Source: an uncultured Hydrocarboniphaga sp.
Lineage (GTDB): Bacteria > Pseudomonadota > Gammaproteobacteria > Nevskiales > Nevskiaceae
Assembly (NCBI GenBank): GCA_964246995.1
Contig: CAXTSJ010000010.1
Location: 4,171-68,170 of the forward strand
Length of the DNA stretch: 64,000 nt
Reading direction: 5' to 3'
The notes below the pieces were generated by a model, which made no database searches, had not been told where the DNA came from, and saw only the letters and a list, made by a program, of their open reading frames with translations. Each line of letters opens with the position of its first letter. The first letter of the stretch is position 1. The position numbers and the translations under genes are program-made. Positions 59,715-64,000 of the stretch are shown in pieces.

Positions 59715-60858
59715 CGGCCCACCACAGCCGGATCGTGTCGAACGCTCGGGTGAACAGCCCGCCCTCGGCGACCGCTTTCAGTGCCACCAGCGGCTCGTTG
59801 CGGATCAGCTTGCCGTCGAGGCTGATGGCGATGTTGCCGACCACCTGTCCCGGCTTGATCGGCGCGATTGCCGGCTTGGTGACCTGCGGCTGCACCATCA
59901 CCCGGTCCTTTGAACCCCGCGGCAGGCTCAGCGACACCGGCTGCAAAGTACCGACCTGCACCGTGTCTTGCTCGCCCTTGTAGGCGGGGATGGTTGCCAC
60001 CGGATGCGTCGGGCCCAGCAGCGGCACGGTTTCGTAGAAGCGGAAGCCGTAATTGAGCAGTTCGAGGCTGGCCTGTTCGCGATAGGCCCAGGTCTTGGCA
60101 CCCATCACCGCCGACACCAGGCGCCGGTCGCTGCGGAACGACGAGGCCAGCAGGCAGTAGCCGGCCGAACTGGTGTGGCCGGTCTTGATGCCGTCGACCG
60201 TCGGGTCCTTCACCAGCAGCCCGTTGCGGTTGGGCTGTGCCTTGTCGATCTTGTACTTGAAGTCCTTCTCCGCGTAGATCTTGTAGTCCTGCGGAAAGTC
60301 GCGGATCAGCGCGCGGCCGAGCAGGGCGAGGTCGCGCGCCGTGGTGTAGTGCTCGGGGTCGGGCAGTCCGCTGGCATCGACGAAGTGGGTGTTCTTCAGG
60401 CCCAGCCGCGCCGCGTACTGGTTCATCAGCTCGGCGAAAGCGGACTCGCTGCCGGCGATGTGCTCGGCCAGCGCGATGCTGGCGTCGTTGCCCGAGGCGA
60501 TGATGATGCCGCGCAGCAGGTCGATGATCTTCACGCGGCTGCCGACGTCCAGAAACATGCGCGACTCGGAAGAGTCGATGCCCTGCTTCCAGGCTTTCTC
60601 GCTGATCAGCGCCTCATCCTCGTACTTCAGGCGTCCTTTTTTGATTTCATCGAAGGCGACATAGGTCGTCATCACCTTGGTGATGCTCGCCGGTTCGACC
60701 CGCGCGTCGGGGTCCTTGGAGGCGAGCAGGTCGCCGCTGGCATAGTCGATGAGCGCGTAGGCGCGGGCGTCGATCGAAGGCGGCGTCGGCACTTTTTCGG
60801 TCTGCGCCGAAACTGAAAACGATGTGCCCAGCAGTGCTGCAAAAAAAAATTTCTTCAT
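59707..60858 (-). CDS. dacA: D-alanyl-D-alanine carboxypeptidase (PBP5/6)
   Basis: SITK, SGN and KTG motifs, PBP5 C-domain; downstream of rlpA. Confidence 0.9.
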   Translation of the reverse strand: MKKFFFAALLGTSFSVSAQTEKVPTPPSIDARAYALIDYASGDLLASKDPDARVEPASITKVMTTYVAFDEIKKGRLKYEDEALISEKAWKQGIDSSESRMFLDVGSRVKIIDLLRGIIIASGNDASIALAEHIAGSESAFAELMNQYAARLGLKNTHFVDASGLPDPEHYTTARDLALLGRALIRDFPQDYKIYAEKDFKYKIDKAQPNRNGLLVKDPTVDGIKTGHTSSAGYCLLASSFRSDRRLVSAVMGAKTWAYREQASLELLNYGFRFYETVPLLGPTHPVATIPAYKGEQDTVQVGTLQPVSLSLPRGSKDRVMVQPQVTKPAIAPIKPGQVVGNIAISLDGKLIRNEPLVALKAVAEGGLFTRAFDTIRLWWAGG

Positions 60859-60923
60859 GGATCCGCGTAGAGGCCGCGTTGAGGTGAAAGCGCGTCAAAG
60901 CGCGCGAAGTGTAGCCCAAGCTT

Positions 60924-61781
60924 TTAGCGGCTGACGGCGTCGGCGGTCAGCCCCGCTTCGAGCAAACGGTTGCGGGTGTCCACCAGCAGATGCAGATCGG
61001 AGTAAGGGCCGATCAACACGCGGTGGATCGGCTCGCCGTTAAAGCTGCCGACGCGGATTTCGACGTTGCTGATCCCCAGCCGCACGATCTCGCTCTTGAG
61101 CGCGACGGCGTTGATCGGGTCGGAATAGGCCGCGACCTGCAGGTAGTTCGGCTGCGACGGCACCGGCGGCGCGTTTTCCAACAGCGGCGGCAGGGGCGGC
61201 AGGGTTTCGCCGGGGGTGATCGCCTCCACCTCCACCATCGCCGGACCGCCGAGCATGCCGAGCTTGGCCGCGGCGGCGTAGGAGAGATCGATGATGCGGT
61301 CCTCGTGGAACGGCCCGCGATCGTTGACCCGCACCACGATGCTCTGGGCGTTGGCGAGGTTGGTCACGCGCAGGTAGGTCGGCAGCGGCACCGTGCGATG
61401 CGCGGCGGTGAGCTGGAACATGTCGTACAGCTCGCCGCTGGAAGTTTTTCGGCCCTGGAACTTGCGGCCGTAATAGGAGGCCAGCCCGGTTTCGTGGAAG
61501 CCGCGCGCCGACTCCAGCGTGCTGTAGCTCTTGCCCATGGCGTCGTAGGTCTTGGGATTGCCATAAGCGCTCTTGGGCTCGTAACGCGGCTCGACGCCGG
61601 GCGACTTGGGCGCGCTGCGCGGCGCTGGCGTGGACGGTGCCGGCGTCGGCCTGCCGGGGATGGTCAACGGCGGCGGACGCGGCGACGGTGCGCGCCTGGG
61701 CGGCGTGGCGCAGGCGGCAAGGGTGAGCATGAGCAGCAGGCTCAGGCGGGCCGGCGAGCCCGCGAACAATCCGCGCGACAT
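60924..61781 (-). CDS. rlpA: Septal ring lytic transglycosylase RlpA
   Basis: Lipobox LAAC, GLASYYG, TAAHRT.PLP, VRVNDRGP, IIDLSYAAA, C-terminal SPOR domain. Confidence 0.94.
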   Translation of the reverse strand: MSRGLFAGSPARLSLLLMLTLAACATPPRRAPSPRPPPLTIPGRPTPAPSTPAPRSAPKSPGVEPRYEPKSAYGNPKTYDAMGKSYSTLESARGFHETGLASYYGRKFQGRKTSSGELYDMFQLTAAHRTVPLPTYLRVTNLANAQSIVVRVNDRGPFHEDRIIDLSYAAAAKLGMLGGPAMVEVEAITPGETLPPLPPLLENAPPVPSQPNYLQVAAYSDPINAVALKSEIVRLGISNVEIRVGSFNGEPIHRVLIGPYSDLHLLVDTRNRLLEAGLTADAVSR

Positions 61782-61794
61782 CAGGAGCGGACCG

Positions 61795-62850
61795 TCATTG
61801 GATGCGCGGGTCCAGGCGCGCGGCTTCGATGGCCATGGCGCTGGCGAGCTGGTTCACCGTCATCGCATAGAACACGCGCGGGTTGTAGGTCATGACCGCG
61901 TAGAAATTGGGCATCGCGATCCAGTATTCGAAGCCGCCGATGGCCGGGTCCAGCGGCAGTTCGATCAACCCCACCCGCAGGTTTTGTGGCAGCCGCACGC
62001 TCGACTGCACGCCGGCGACGGCGAGTTGCGCCACGGTATGCGTCACGTTCTGGCCGTTGCGCGGCAGGCCCGCGTCGAGCACGCCGCTGACGCGTGCACG
62101 CACCGCCAACGGCTGGCCGCGCTGCCAGGCCAGCGCCGGCTTGTAGTCGTTGAAGTAGCGCCCGATCGAGCCGATGGCGTCGGCCGCGCTCCACAGATCG
62201 CGATGGCCGTCGCCGTCGAAATCCACCGCGAGCTTGCGGTAATTGCTCGGCATGAACTGCGCCCAGCCCATCGCCCCGGCGTAGCTGCCCGTGGGCTGGG
62301 TCGGGTTGTATCCGAGATCGCGGCAGAAGACGAAGTATTCGACCAGCTCGCCGAAGAAAAACGCCGAGCGCGTTGGATGGTCGAAGCCCTGCGTCACCAG
62401 CGCGTCGAGCACGCGGGTGCGGCCGGTGATGCGGCCGAAATTGGTCTCCAGCCCGAGCACGCCGGCGATGATCGCCGGCGGCACGCCGTACTCGCGCTCC
62501 GCTCGCGCCAGCAGCACGCGCTGGTCGATCAGAAACTGCGCGCCGCGGCGGATGCGCGCCGCGTCGACGCGCTTGGCGGCGTAGGTGGTCCAGTTCTCGG
62601 TTTTCTCCGGCGCCTTTTGCTCGGCTTCGATGAGCGACGGGATGGTCTGCGCATCGCGCAGCGCAGCGCGTACGGCGTCGATATCCGCCGGAGAAAATCC
62701 ATGTTCTCGGGTGAGCACGGTTTCCAGATGCGCGGCCTGGGGATGAACCAGGTAGTCGGCATCGGCGGAACCGGCGAACACCGCCAGTAGCAGCAACAGC
62801 AGTCCCTTGCGCATCAGCTCGCCAGAAGTTTCAAAGTTTTTGATCCACAT
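61795..62850 (-). CDS. mltB: Lytic murein transglycosylase B
   Basis: GLETNFG, GSYAGAMGWAQFMPS, AVDFDGDG, YN...YAM; start may be 62814. Confidence 0.93.
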   Translation of the reverse strand: MWIKNFETSGELMRKGLLLLLLAVFAGSADADYLVHPQAAHLETVLTREHGFSPADIDAVRAALRDAQTIPSLIEAEQKAPEKTENWTTYAAKRVDAARIRRGAQFLIDQRVLLARAEREYGVPPAIIAGVLGLETNFGRITGRTRVLDALVTQGFDHPTRSAFFFGELVEYFVFCRDLGYNPTQPTGSYAGAMGWAQFMPSNYRKLAVDFDGDGHRDLWSAADAIGSIGRYFNDYKPALAWQRGQPLAVRARVSGVLDAGLPRNGQNVTHTVAQLAVAGVQSSVRLPQNLRVGLIELPLDPAIGGFEYWIAMPNFYAVMTYNPRVFYAMTVNQLASAMAIEAARLDPRIQ

Positions 62851-62878
62851 CAGCCTATCGAGGCTGTCGGTCCCGCCG

Positions 62879-63976
62879 TCAGCTCGCCAGCAGCTTTCGA
62901 TGGGTTTGAATCGACATGAGCATACCGAAGCCGGCGAGCAGACTCACCATCGAAGTCCCTCCATAGCTCACCAGCGGCAGCGGCACGCCCACCACCGGCA
63001 GCAGGCCGATGACCATACCCATGTTGATGAAGACATAGATGAAGAAGGTCATCGACAGCGCGCCGGCGAGCAGGCGCTGGAAGCTGTCCTGTGCGCGCAC
63101 CGCGATGTACAGGCCGCGGCCGACGATCGCCAGGTACAGCCCGAGCAGGAACAGCACGCCCATCAGCCCCAGTTCCTCGGAGTACACGGCGAAGATGAAA
63201 TCGGTGTGCGATTCCGGCAGGAAGTCCAGCTTGGCCTGGGTACCGTTGAGCCAGCCCTTGCCGAACAGTCCGCCCGAACCGATGGCGATCTTGCTCTGGG
63301 TGATGTGGTAGCCGGTGCCGAGCGGATCGGACTCCGGGTCCAGGAAGGTCAGCACGCGCTGGCGCTGGTAGTCGTGCAGGCGCGTCCACAGCACCGGCGC
63401 GGCGGCACCCACAGCGGCGAAGGCGCCGAGAATCCAGCGATAGCCCAGCCCGCCGAAATACAGCGCGAACGCGCCAGCGGCGACGATCAGCATCGCCGTC
63501 CCCAGGTCCGGCTGGACCGCGATCAGGGCGGTCGGCACCAGGATCAGCAGCAGGGTGATGACGATGGTGCTGAAGCTCGGCGGCAGCGGCCGCCCGTGCA
63601 GGAAGGCGGCGACCGCCAGCGGCATCGCCAGCTTCATGAATTCGGCGGGCTGAAAACGGATGACGCCGAAGTCCAGCCAGCGCTGCGCGCCCTTGGCGTG
63701 ATCGCCCAGCAGCAGGGTGAGCACCAGCAGCACGCAGGCCATGCCGTAGAACCAGGGCGCGATGGCGCGATACATCTCCGGCGTCGCCTGCGCCGCGGCG
63801 GTCATGATCACCATGCCCATCAGCAGGCGCTCGCCCTGGTTGATCACCACCGGCAGCGAATGCCCCGACGCCGAATACAGCACGGTGAGGCCGATGGCGC
63901 CGAGCGAGCCCAGCAGCAGCAGCAGCGACAGGTCGAAGTGCAGGCGTCCGAACCAGTCGGTGACGCCGCGCGGCAC
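62879..63976 (-). CDS. rodA: Rod shape-determining protein RodA
   Basis: GAQRW, FQPAEFMK, QPDLGT, LPESHTDFIF, PLVSYGG. The frame is open to the window edge, so the true start may lie beyond 64000. Confidence 0.95.
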   Translation of the reverse strand: MPRGVTDWFGRLHFDLSLLLLLGSLGAIGLTVLYSASGHSLPVVINQGERLLMGMVIMTAAAQATPEMYRAIAPWFYGMACVLLVLTLLLGDHAKGAQRWLDFGVIRFQPAEFMKLAMPLAVAAFLHGRPLPPSFSTIVITLLLILVPTALIAVQPDLGTAMLIVAAGAFALYFGGLGYRWILGAFAAVGAAAPVLWTRLHDYQRQRVLTFLDPESDPLGTGYHITQSKIAIGSGGLFGKGWLNGTQAKLDFLPESHTDFIFAVYSEELGLMGVLFLLGLYLAIVGRGLYIAVRAQDSFQRLLAGALSMTFFIYVFINMGMVIGLLPVVGVPLPLVSYGGTSMVSLLAGFGMLMSIQTHRKLLAS

Positions 63977-64000
63977 GGGTCGATTGGAAGTCAGCGGCTG

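Overview
GC-rich gammaproteobacterial chromosome segment; gene content and the TonB-receptor type suggest Nevskiales (inference). Most of it is housekeeping: mutS, gdhB, parC, htpX, epmB/efp/epmA, recR, phhB, orn, a phoPQ-like two-component system, pspFABC, rmuC, purL, mlaFEDCBA, lipB, dacA, rlpA, mltB and rodA. No tRNA, rRNA, CRISPR array, integrase or transposase was recognised. Four things stand out. (1) A ccdA-ccdB toxin-antitoxin module has its own sigma70 promoter and a palindromic operator; its frameshifted ccdB ends in a TAATG overlap with the parC start codon. (2) An accessory block at ~14.6-29.9 kb holds two TonB-dependent receptors (one frameshifted), a PaxB-like membrane protein, and an uncharacterised receptor / DUF7064-7065-like / APH-kinase / TetR / AraC module. 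(3) A 263-bp structured MITE sits in a CTAG that supplies the stop codons of both recR and phhB. (4) A sigma54 psp operon is led by an unknown small secreted protein and extended by an AIM24-family gene. Family assignments come from motif recognition by eye, not from database searches. The single-base frameshifts could be assembly errors.
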